A stretch of 14,176 nt of DNA from an uncultured bacterium (lineage in GTDB: Bacteria; CSSED10-310; CAZUFC01), in contig CAZUFC010000178.1 of assembly GCA_964619725.1 (NCBI GenBank), forward strand, positions 1 through 14,176, read 5' to 3'. Shown one piece after another: positions 1 through 7,359 of this stretch; within the stretch, counting starts at the first letter, position 1; each line of letters opens with the position of its first letter. A program made the translations under genes and the position numbers. The notes under the pieces were generated by a model. The model worked only from the letters and a program-made list of their open reading frames with translations. It made no database searches and was not told the DNA's origin.

Positions 1-51
1 CTGTCCAGCATTAAATTTTGAATCGACAATCGAGTTTATGGACAGGCACTA
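1..51 (-). repeat. Short palindromic dispersed repeat (element A, copy 1; truncated by the window start)
   Basis: The reverse complement of 1-51 (tagtgcctgtccataaactcgattgtcgattcaaaatttaatgctggacag) matches 9730-9780 at 46/51 positions by manual alignment. Internal inverted ends ctgtcca...tggacag. Confidence 0.9.
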
Positions 52-251
52 TCTAACTTTTCCATCCTTCCATGTTGGCTGAAAAGCCGGCCCGAAAGGA
101 TCATCCTTCTGAAGAATCCCGAAAACCCAAATTTGACTTTTAGCAAATAATCCTTATTTATGTACACCCTAGGCTTCTTTAAGGAGCAGACGGCATCTGC
201 CGTTTGAATTATTTTTGTTTTTCATCTTGAAGTAAAAGGGAGGATTGAGAG

Positions 252-1541
252 ATGGATTTTAATTGGCTGAGAAAGTCGAAAAGTTTACGAACGTCTCTGG
301 TTCTGTGCGCTTTTCCATTATTTTTTATTGTTGCTCCGATTCACGCCGACTGGTGGGATGATGCGGAATTTATCTATTCTGCGTCCACATTTCACCGGGA
401 AAACTGGGATGATCCATACTTATGGGATGCTCACAACAGCAACAAATGCTATTTTGACGACAATTGCACTCATTGCGTGGATGATTGCGGCAACATAGGA
501 GGCGATGCATATTACGTTGACGGCGGCTACATAACCAGGGATGTGGATTTGACTCAATATCTGGAGGCAAAGATCATGATATCGGTCGGTCTGCAGAGCG
601 CATGCGGAGGCGGGAATCCTCACATCAAAATATTCATGAACAACAATCATATCCACACGATTTACCAGAGCGATTGCATCGACGACAACATGTGGTCCCG
701 GGAATGGTTCGGTCCTTACGACATCAGTGCATACGCAGGAGGAACGCCCAAATTGAAATTCACCTTCCATAAAGGCAATTGCAACTGCGGATGCGGCAGC
801 ATCATCAGTTATATACAGATTAAAGGGATGGGTCCTCCCACAGCAACCCCATCGAGAACGCCGACGCTGACGCCCACCCTGGAACCCACTTCAACGCCAA
901 CGCTCACTCCCACCTTGTCGCCGTCCGCCACATTGAGTCCTACTGATACCCCTACGTTGACTCCTACGGTTACGTTGAGCCCTACAGATACTCCGACTTT
1001 GACCCCGACAGTTACGCTCAGCCCCACTGACACCCCGACTTTCACGCCGACCGTGACCCTCAGCCCCACTGACACCCCGACGCTCACTCCCACGGTCACC
1101 TTAAGCCCAACCGATACCCCGACTTTGACCCCGACAGCGACCCTCAGCCCCACTGACACACCGACGCTCACTCCCACGGTCACCTTGAGCCCAACCGATA
1201 CCCCGACTTTGACCCCGACAGCGACCCTCAGCCCCACTGACACACCAACGCTCACTCCCTCGCTCACCCTGAGTCCTACTGATACCCCGACTTTGACCCC
1301 GACCGTGACCCTGAGCCCTACACAATCTCCGTCTCTGACCCCGACTGAATCGCCGACTCTTTCTCCGACTCTTACGCCGGCCGAAACGCCTACCCCTACG
1401 GCGAGTCCTACCGAACCGGCGATTCCGGCTTTTCAATCAGCAGGAATGCTGTTGCTGGCTGCGGCTCTTTCACTGTTGTTACTGGTCAAAATTGACGTAA
1501 GAAAATCGCAGAAATTCTTAAAAAACGGATTATATCATTAA
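252..1541 (+). CDS. Secreted/surface-anchored protein: Cys-rich N-terminal domain, Pro/Thr/Ser repeat stalk, IPTL-CTERM-like C-terminal sorting/TM segment
   Basis: 429-aa ORF with SD (gggagg) at about 238-243. Signal-peptide-like N-terminus (basic, hydrophobic, then IHA-D). Nine Cys in the mature globular region, followed by about 195 aa of P/T/S repeats. Ends [29 protein letters not shown] (IP motif, hydrophobic helix, basic tail). Confidence 0.85.
   Translation: MDFNWLRKSKSLRTSLVLCAFPLFFIVAPIHADWWDDAEFIYSASTFHRENWDDPYLWDAHNSNKCYFDDNCTHCVDDCGNIGGDAYYVDGGYITRDVDLTQYLEAKIMISVGLQSACGGGNPHIKIFMNNNHIHTIYQSDCIDDNMWSREWFGPYDISAYAGGTPKLKFTFHKGNCNCGCGSIISYIQIKGMGPPTATPSRTPTLTPTLEPTSTPTLTPTLSPSATLSPTDTPTLTPTVTLSPTDTPTLTPTVTLSPTDTPTFTPTVTLSPTDTPTLTPTVTLSPTDTPTLTPTATLSPTDTPTLTPTVTLSPTDTPTLTPTATLSPTDTPTLTPSLTLSPTDTPTLTPTVTLSPTQSPSLTPTESPTLSPTLTPAETPTPTASPTEPAIPAFQSAGMLLLAAALSLLLLVKIDVRKSQKFLKNGLYH
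936..1313 (+). repeat. Intragenic 42-bp tandem repeat x9 encoding [11 protein letters not shown](V/A)TL
   Basis: Nine in-frame 14-codon units starting at 936, 978, 1020, 1062, 1104, 1146, 1188, 1230 and 1272, with degenerate P/T units on both sides. Confidence 0.95.
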
Positions 1542-1600
1542 AAAAAAGCCTGCGCCTGTCCGCATTCTATTTTTAATTATTATTTTTTGCGGTCAGGCGC
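1540..1600. terminator. Stem-loop between convergent genes, probable intrinsic terminator (best for the minus strand)
   Basis: gcgcctgtccgca (1552-1564) pairs with tgcggtcaggcgc (1588-1600) at 12/13, around a 23-nt AT-rich loop. The A8 run at 1540-1547 would give a U-tract on the minus strand. Confidence 0.5.
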
Positions 1601-1720
1601 TGAGCTCTCAGTTTCCAGAACGCCCAAGTTGCAACAGCAAAAGGTCCCTTTTGATCATAGCCTTTCTTATCGTTGACTTATTTATTTCCGCCGGGGTTAC
1701 TCCGTTCCTGCGTTTCCATA

Positions 1721-2398
1721 TCACGGAAATGAAAATTTCACGTTAAACCCTAAGACGTTCGATTCAAGCCAACCTTCATCCGAGTCGTCGAACTGGCGGA
1801 CATAAAACAATTCCAGTCCGGTGTTTTTGGTTATCCCCGCGCCCAGTCCGGCATATATCCTGTTGCGGGTATAATCATTCTGGTCGAGATCGTAGAATAT
1901 TTCATCGGCAATAAACGGCTTTAACGACATTTTCTTCAGTTTTAGCTGATAATTGGCCGTCAATTTGTTGCGATATTGCCATATATCGTCTTTTTGTTTA
2001 CGCATTCGAAAGGAAAAACGATTTCTGTCAGTGAACGCGATATTGAAAATTTTCCATTTGAATGTACCGTTAATGTGCGGCCTGTGTTCCGCTTCCCATT
2101 CGCCGATCTGTGCCGTGTAGATTTTACGGGAATGAATCAGCCTGTAATCCAATCCCCAGGCGAACCAGGACGAAATATCACCGCCGATTTCGAATTCACT
2201 GTGTTTATAGTAAAAGTCCGTCATGTCGTTGCCGAAACGAAGTTCCTGGGTAAATTTGACCTTCAGTCCGCAATCGAATTTTCCCTGGATGCTGTCGGTA
2301 TTCCAGAACATCCAGTCTCCCTCGCCAGAAGAGGCAAAACCGTTGGTTGAAAAGAATGCCGCCGCAATAATAAAAACCAGGAAATATTTTGATCTCAT
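1721..2398 (-). CDS. DUF2490-like outer-membrane beta-barrel protein
   Basis: 225 aa with signal peptide (MRSKYFLVFIIAAAFFSTNGFA), alternating amphipathic aromatic strands, motifs EHRPH, DRNRF, YRNKL, PFIADEIFY and RNRIYAGLG, and a near-terminal Phe. SD aggag lies upstream on the minus strand. Confidence 0.8.
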   Translation of the reverse strand: MRSKYFLVFIIAAAFFSTNGFASSGEGDWMFWNTDSIQGKFDCGLKVKFTQELRFGNDMTDFYYKHSEFEIGGDISSWFAWGLDYRLIHSRKIYTAQIGEWEAEHRPHINGTFKWKIFNIAFTDRNRFSFRMRKQKDDIWQYRNKLTANYQLKLKKMSLKPFIADEIFYDLDQNDYTRNRIYAGLGAGITKNTGLELFYVRQFDDSDEGWLESNVLGFNVKFSFP

Positions 2399-2440
2399 AG
2401 TTTTCGCTCCTGCAAAAAGCCCTTGCCAAAAACCGAAAAT

Positions 2441-2469
2441 TTCTTAGCGCCTGCCGGTCTTGGTGTCAA
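2441..2469 (-). promoter_or_regulatory. Possible sigma-70 promoter for the DUF2490-like gene
   Basis: Minus strand TTGACA (2469-2464), 17-nt spacer, TAAGAA (2446-2441). Perfect -35, weak -10. Confidence 0.3.
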
Positions 2470-2549
2470 GCAGGCGGTGAATAATTTTGATCAATGCCGA
2501 TATTTCGAGGGAAAAGCGCTTATTTTGAAGATTTTTTGCTGAAAAAACA

Positions 2550-2576
2550 TAAAGTTTTGGAGGAATGAGCCGATAT
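2550..2576 (+). promoter_or_regulatory. Sigma-28 (FliA/SigD) promoter of flagellin
   Basis: TAAA(GTTT) at 2550, 15-nt spacer, GCCGATAT at 2569-2576. Near-perfect match to TAAA-N15-GCCGATAA, about 155 nt upstream of the flagellin ATG. Confidence 0.9.
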
Positions 2577-2683
2577 AAGTAGTTGAGGATGATGCCTGCG
2601 ACGGTGTAAATCGGGAGCCGCAGGAGGTGATGAAGAAAACACGCTCCATTCACTGTCGATGGGAAAAAGGCTGAAATTTAAAC

Positions 2684-2728
2684 CGGAGAAGGATCTCCGA
2701 TCTTAATGAATTAACCACGGAGGGTTAA
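2684..2728 (+). promoter_or_regulatory. Two CsrA-type GGA-loop hairpins in the flagellin leader, the second covering the SD
   Basis: cggaga-AGGA-tctccg (2684-2699) and ttaacc-ACGGAG-ggttaa (2711-2728) both place GGA in hairpin loops just upstream of ATG 2732. Confidence 0.75.
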
Positions 2729-2731
2729 AAA

Positions 2732-3556
2732 ATGAGTTTAAGAATTAATAACAACGTTGCCGCAATGACGGCTCACAGAAACTTAACGGTAACTCACCAA
2801 AACTTGAAGCTCTCGCTGGAGAAGCTGTCTTCAGGTTATCGTATCAACAGGGCGGCTGATGATGCGGCCGGTATGGCCGTTTCTCAGAGTATGCGCGCCC
2901 AGGTGGCGGGACTGAGACAGGCGAAATTAAACGGCGAGCAGGGAATCAACCTGATCCAGACTGCTGAAGGAGCTCTGGACGAGGCTCATAACATTCTTAC
3001 GAGGATGAAGGAGCTGGCGGTAGAGGCATCCAATGAAACGCTGTCTTCGAGTGATCTTTCCAAGCTGAACGAAGAGTACGGCAAGTTAAAATCGGAACTG
3101 GACAGAATCAATTCTCAGACGAAGTTCAATGGAGTCTCCTTGTTCAGCAATACGGGTCAGAGCGGGAGCATCGACATTCAGGTCGGATTGGATTCCGGTC
3201 AGACTGTTTCCATTGACATATCGAACGGCGTTGATGCAGAGGATGATTTGAGTCTCGGCACCATCGACAGTTCCAGCAATGCTAATACTGAATTAGGCGC
3301 GATAGACACGGCTATCGGAACCTTGTCGACCGTAAGGTCCGATTTGGGAGCCACGCAGAATCAGCTTGAACATACCGTCAAAAACCTGGCGAATGTCGCT
3401 GAGAACACGCAGGCATCTGAATCGGTGATCCGGGATGCGGATATGGCCTTTGAAATGGCGAATTTCACGAGAAATTCGATCATGATTCAGGCCGGCACAG
3501 CGATGTTGGCCCAGGCCAATTCCACTCCTCAATCTGTTCTTGGACTGCTGGGATAA
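2732..3556 (+). CDS. fliC: Flagellin, short type (D0/D1 only)
   Basis: Conserved N-terminus MSLRINNN...LEKLSSGYRINRAADDAAG...IQTAEGAL and C-terminus RSDLGATQNQLE...SVIRDADMA.EM..F....I..QAGTAMLAQAN..PQSVL.LL; 274 aa. Confidence 0.97.
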   Translation: MSLRINNNVAAMTAHRNLTVTHQNLKLSLEKLSSGYRINRAADDAAGMAVSQSMRAQVAGLRQAKLNGEQGINLIQTAEGALDEAHNILTRMKELAVEASNETLSSSDLSKLNEEYGKLKSELDRINSQTKFNGVSLFSNTGQSGSIDIQVGLDSGQTVSIDISNGVDAEDDLSLGTIDSSSNANTELGAIDTAIGTLSTVRSDLGATQNQLEHTVKNLANVAENTQASESVIRDADMAFEMANFTRNSIMIQAGTAMLAQANSTPQSVLGLLG

Positions 3557-3570
3557 GATAAATCAGCGTG

Positions 3571-3597
3571 AGGGACCGGCATAATGCGCCGGTCCCT
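3571..3597 (+). terminator. GC-rich hairpin after fliC lacking a U-tract (partial terminator or mRNA-stabilising stem)
   Basis: agggaccggc (3571-3580), loop ataatgc, gccggtccct (3588-3597): perfect 10-bp stem. Confidence 0.6.
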
Positions 3598-3623
3598 GCC
3601 ATGCAGGAAGGATGGGATGCATC

Positions 3624-4052
3624 ATGAAAATACAACCCAACGAATTGGCGGTTCAAGGAAAAATGTTGCATTCCGAAATAGGGGAACAGAACGCAAATTC
3701 GAACCAAAACCACTCAAACGAAATCAAAGAAGAATCTCAATTATCTCAGTATGACAAGCTGACCATTGAGAACGGGAAAACAGCTGCGGAGAAGACGAAA
3801 GCGATTAAGACCGATAAGGCGAGCGACGACAGGAATGAACTGGAAATTAAAAAAATCGAGTATGGAGAAGCGGTGCCGAATCACACCATCAAAATTCAGG
3901 AAGACAAACGGGATAACGAGTTGTTTTACAAGATAATAGATAAGATATCCGGAAGAGTAATCAGGATAATTCCTCAGGAAAAGATGAACGACGTGCGATT
4001 ACGGGGCAAGATAGGCAAACCTGCGAACATGTTCCTTTATATTAAGGCATAG
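3624..4052 (+). CDS. flaG: Flagellar protein FlaG
   Basis: Lies between fliC and fliD. C-terminal YKIIDKISGRVIRIIPQEKM resembles the FlaG V.D..TGEVIRQIP.EE motif. Start is 3624 or 3612. Confidence 0.8.
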   Translation: MKIQPNELAVQGKMLHSEIGEQNANSNQNHSNEIKEESQLSQYDKLTIENGKTAAEKTKAIKTDKASDDRNELEIKKIEYGEAVPNHTIKIQEDKRDNELFYKIIDKISGRVIRIIPQEKMNDVRLRGKIGKPANMFLYIKA

Positions 4053-4055
4053 TAT

Positions 4056-4072
4056 TTGGTTTAAAAATTGCA
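4056..4072 (+). promoter_or_regulatory. Possible sigma-54 (-24/-12) promoter upstream of fliD
   Basis: TTGGTTTAAAAATTGCA: GG (4058-4059), N10, GC (4070-4071) with TTGCA. The -24 half deviates from TGGCAC. Confidence 0.35.
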
Positions 4073-4143
4073 TTATTCCTGGCGGCTTCGGCGGCGAACC
4101 GGGAATGGAGCGCCGGGGAGAAGTGTAATCAGGAGGGAGAGCA

Positions 4144-6357
4144 ATGAGTATAGATTTCAACGCTGCGGGGTTAGGTTCAGGATTTGACTGGCAGACGGTC
4201 GTCGATCAGTTGATCTATCTGGAAAAAGCGCCGATAAGAAACCTCGAATCACGACGAACGGAATTTCAGACGAAACAAACCGCCTGGCAGGAGTTGGAGA
4301 CTAAACTGAACGCCTTTCGGTCTAAAGCGGCTCAGTTGAACAGCTCCAGTTACATGTCCGCTGCGTCCGCGACATCTTCGGATACGGACATGTTGACCGC
4401 TTCAGCGACAGGAAACGCAACGCCCGGCAATTATGAAATCACGATTCATCAGCTTGCTCAAGCCCATAAAATAAGCTCCGATACTTACAGCTCGCAATCG
4501 ACCGCTCTGGAATTATCGGGCGATCTGATCATCGGCGGCAGAGCGGTAACCATAGAAACCACGGACACATTGGTGGACATACGAAGCAAGATTAATGCAG
4601 TGAACACGGGTGATGATGCTTCCGGAGTAACGGCCACGATACTTCAGACGACCGAAGATTCTTACAAGCTGGTTTTAGCCAGGGACGACACCGGAGACAC
4701 GGAACTGGATATTCGTTCCGTGGGATCGAACGATCTGCTGCAATCATTGAATTTGACGACTTCCGGGACGACTTCTTCCGATGATTCCGCTTATTTTTCA
4801 AGTTCAACGGAAAATATCGCCGACATGTTGTCTCTTTCAACGCCCGCTCCGTCCGGAACCGTTCAGATCAACGGAACAGACGTGGATATTGACTTCAGCT
4901 CAGATACCCTGGAAGAAATAAAAGACAAGTTGGATGCCGTGGACGGAGTGAATGCGGAAATCACTACGGACCAGGATTCCAATGGAGATACTATATATCG
5001 AATAGAAACGACCGGGATCACAACCATGTCCGATTCCGAAAATGTTCTGGAATCACTCGCATTTTTGAAAGAAACAGTAAAAAATGAAAACCGTGCAGCA
5101 CAGGAGGCTCAATTGACTGTTGACGGCGAAACGATTACACGGGATTCCAATTCCATTTCCGATCTTATCACCGGAGTAACTTTGAATCTGTTGGAAGCCG
5201 ATGAGACGGAAACTTTAACCGTTACCGTCAATCGAGACACCAGCACAGTGACTTCGAATATCCAGGAATTCGTCAATTCATATAATGAACTCATCTCCTA
5301 TATCAGGGAACAGCGAGAATATGATCCCGCATCAGGCGAATCGGGACCTTTGCAGAGCAATTCGACGATAAGAAACATTCAGACCAGTCTTCAAGGCATC
5401 ATTTCATCGCAAGTTTCAGGATTAGAGGGCGATATCAGGGCCCTGTCGCAGATCGGCATATCCACAACATCATCAGGAACTCTATCCATCGATTCGACTG
5501 AACTGGCTGAAGCTCTCGAAGAGAATCCCACCGCCGTATCACGCCTTTTCATGACTCACGACAGTTCCACTTCCAGTAATTTAAGCTACATCATACATCA
5601 GAATGAAACTCAGGGAGGAACCTATGACGTCAATATAACACAGGTCGCCTCTCAGGCCGAAACACAAGGTGATTACGAAATCGATGAAGGCGGCATTGCC
5701 TCGGATGAAACTTTAACCTTCACTGTCGGAGATGAACAGGTTGAAGTCGAGCTGTCCGCAGGCGATTCCTTGTCCGCCGTCATTCAAAAAATCAATGCGG
5801 CCATGGATGATGCTGCAGTCAACATCACTGCCTCCAGCTCAGGAAACACGCTCGTTCTCACCGCTGACAGTTACGGCTCCAATCATAATTTTTCCGTAGT
5901 TTCCGACGTCGCTGCTGACCCTGGAGGAACTTCCACCGGAATCGGCTCAACTGAAAAAAGCGCAGAAGGTTTGGACCTTCAAGGCAACATAAACGGCGAA
6001 GAAGCTACCGGAAGCGGACGGTTTTTAACCGCTGCCGACGGTACGACTGCACAGGGCTTGAAAATTATGTACACCGGCTCAACCACCGGTGATGCCGGGT
6101 CAATCTCTCTTTCGCGAGGCATTCTCGATCAGTTTGAATACCAGATTGAAGAATATACCGATGCCGAAGGTCTGGTGGAAACGGCCCAGGACAGCCTGGA
6201 AGATTCCATAGAAGATATCAACGACAGAATCGACGATATGGAACGACGCATCGTCTTGAAAACTGAAAAACTTGAAGCAAGATTCCAGCAAATGGAACTG
6301 CTCATCACTCAATTGCATTCGCAACAATCTTACCTCCAGGGCTTGTCCGCATTATAG
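4144..6357 (+). CDS. fliD: Flagellar filament cap protein FliD (long, 737 aa)
   Basis: N-terminal GLGSGFDWQTVVDQLIYLE, G.Y.I.I.QLAQA, central A.LTVDG.TITRDSNSISDLITGVTLNL and IQEFVNSYNEL, C-terminal coiled coil ending L.ARFQQME..I.QL.SQQSYL. SD aggaggga at 4131-4138. Confidence 0.95.
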   Translation: MSIDFNAAGLGSGFDWQTVVDQLIYLEKAPIRNLESRRTEFQTKQTAWQELETKLNAFRSKAAQLNSSSYMSAASATSSDTDMLTASATGNATPGNYEITIHQLAQAHKISSDTYSSQSTALELSGDLIIGGRAVTIETTDTLVDIRSKINAVNTGDDASGVTATILQTTEDSYKLVLARDDTGDTELDIRSVGSNDLLQSLNLTTSGTTSSDDSAYFSSSTENIADMLSLSTPAPSGTVQINGTDVDIDFSSDTLEEIKDKLDAVDGVNAEITTDQDSNGDTIYRIETTGITTMSDSENVLESLAFLKETVKNENRAAQEAQLTVDGETITRDSNSISDLITGVTLNLLEADETETLTVTVNRDTSTVTSNIQEFVNSYNELISYIREQREYDPASGESGPLQSNSTIRNIQTSLQGIISSQVSGLEGDIRALSQIGISTTSSGTLSIDSTELAEALEENPTAVSRLFMTHDSSTSSNLSYIIHQNETQGGTYDVNITQVASQAETQGDYEIDEGGIASDETLTFTVGDEQVEVELSAGDSLSAVIQKINAAMDDAAVNITASSSGNTLVLTADSYGSNHNFSVVSDVAADPGGTSTGIGSTEKSAEGLDLQGNINGEEATGSGRFLTAADGTTAQGLKIMYTGSTTGDAGSISLSRGILDQFEYQIEEYTDAEGLVETAQDSLEDSIEDINDRIDDMERRIVLKTEKLEARFQQMELLITQLHSQQSYLQGLSAL

Positions 6358-6446
6358 TGTATGAAATGTTGCAAACGGCTGAAAATATTATCTCTTTCCT
6401 CTAGGGAAAACAAGTGAATCGCCAGGTATGATTTCAGGGGGAAAAA

Positions 6447-6878
6447 ATGGAAAATTACCAAAAAATAATCCAAAAAACCAGAGAAGATAAAATACTCTCG
6501 GCTGATCCCGGTGAATTGATCGTCATGCTTTATGACGGAGCTATCGAATCCATGCTCCAGGCCGTCGATGCCTTTCAGCAAAACCGGCAGGATGAAGCTA
6601 TAGTCTGCATCAATAAAGCTCAACGCATTATGTATGAACTGGAAGGTTCCCTGGATATGAGCACAGGAGAAATCGCAAAAAATCTCTCCAGTCTCTACGA
6701 ATATTCCAGCCAATGCCTTTCCGACGCTTTTATGAAGAAAAAAGCAGTTTTTATACAACCAGCGCTCAAGGTTTTTCGAGAACTGAGGTCAGCCTGGGTT
6801 AAAGCGTTGGAGCAAGCCCCGAAAACCAACAATAATAATGCCGGCGCCGATTGCTCGCTTTTTTCAGTGGCGTGCTGA
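6447..6878 (+). CDS. fliS: Flagellin export chaperone FliS
   Basis: Motifs SADPGELIVMLYDGAI, KAQRI..EL..SLD...GEIAKNL.SLYEY and ELRSAW; directly after fliD. Confidence 0.95.
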   Translation: MENYQKIIQKTREDKILSADPGELIVMLYDGAIESMLQAVDAFQQNRQDEAIVCINKAQRIMYELEGSLDMSTGEIAKNLSSLYEYSSQCLSDAFMKKKAVFIQPALKVFRELRSAWVKALEQAPKTNNNNAGADCSLFSVAC

Positions 6879-6889
6879 GGAGTATTCTT

Positions 6890-7348
6890 ATGAGTCATAA
6901 CGGCAACGGAGAAATTCTGAATCTGCTGGAAAAAAGAAAAGAGCTGAGACAGGAGTTTAACCGGAATATTTTAGATATGCTGAAGGCGATAGACCGGCAA
7001 GACATTGAAGAGGATATAAGGAAAATTCATGATGAACAGAACAGGATACTCGACGAAATTCATCAGCAAAACAGCTCAATAAACAAGCAGTTCGACAGGT
7101 TTAATTCTTTTCTTAATGATAGCGGTTCGCCGGAATACAGGCTTATTGAAGAAATAAAAAAATTAACGCAGAAATCATGGCGATTGCATGAACGCCTGGT
7201 GGAAAAAGCTGAGGAGGAAAGAAATAAAATAAAACAGGAGATTGCAAAATTGAAAAACGATAAGGCGGAGCTGGCAAGGGGAAAGAAAATAGTCACGGCT
7301 CTTCGGGCAGTGATTGAAAAAGATAATCGTCTGGCAATAAAGACCTGA
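6890..7348 (+). CDS. Helical/coiled-coil protein, FliT/FlgN-like chaperone by position
   Basis: ATG 6890 with SD gaggag at 6877-6882 (the ORF track starts at TTG 6851, overlapping fliS). 152 aa, charged and helical, in the usual fliT position after fliS. Confidence 0.55.
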   Translation: MSHNGNGEILNLLEKRKELRQEFNRNILDMLKAIDRQDIEEDIRKIHDEQNRILDEIHQQNSSINKQFDRFNSFLNDSGSPEYRLIEEIKKLTQKSWRLHERLVEKAEEERNKIKQEIAKLKNDKAELARGKKIVTALRAVIEKDNRLAIKT

Positions 7349-7359
7349 CGCAGAAGCGA

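Noticed and set aside
447..488. CTHC and neighbouring Cys as a heme c or Fe-S motif
   Set aside because: No CxxCH motif, and the protein appears to be Sec-exported; disulfides are more plausible.
936..1313. 42-bp periodic repeat as a CRISPR array
   Set aside because: No unique spacers; the units are contiguous, in frame and vary mainly at synonymous positions.
809..1436. Minus-strand ORFs 809-1267 (VGVSVG repeats) and 1101-1436
   Set aside because: Antisense shadows of the P/T/S repeat; the plus-strand ORF has the signal peptide, SD and sorting tail.
2410..2430. Minus-strand TTGGCA...TTGCA as a sigma-54 promoter for the DUF2490-like gene
   Set aside because: GG-GC spacing is 12 rather than 10, and it abuts the SD.
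2477..2503. Second GCCGATAT (2496-2503) as another sigma-28 promoter
   Set aside because: No TAAA at the 15-nt spacing (gtga is found instead).
2585..2731. c-di-GMP riboswitch in the flagellin leader
   Set aside because: I could not find the class I (GGCAAA...GAAA...CGCAAAGC) or class II signatures; the CsrA-type hairpins explain the structure better.
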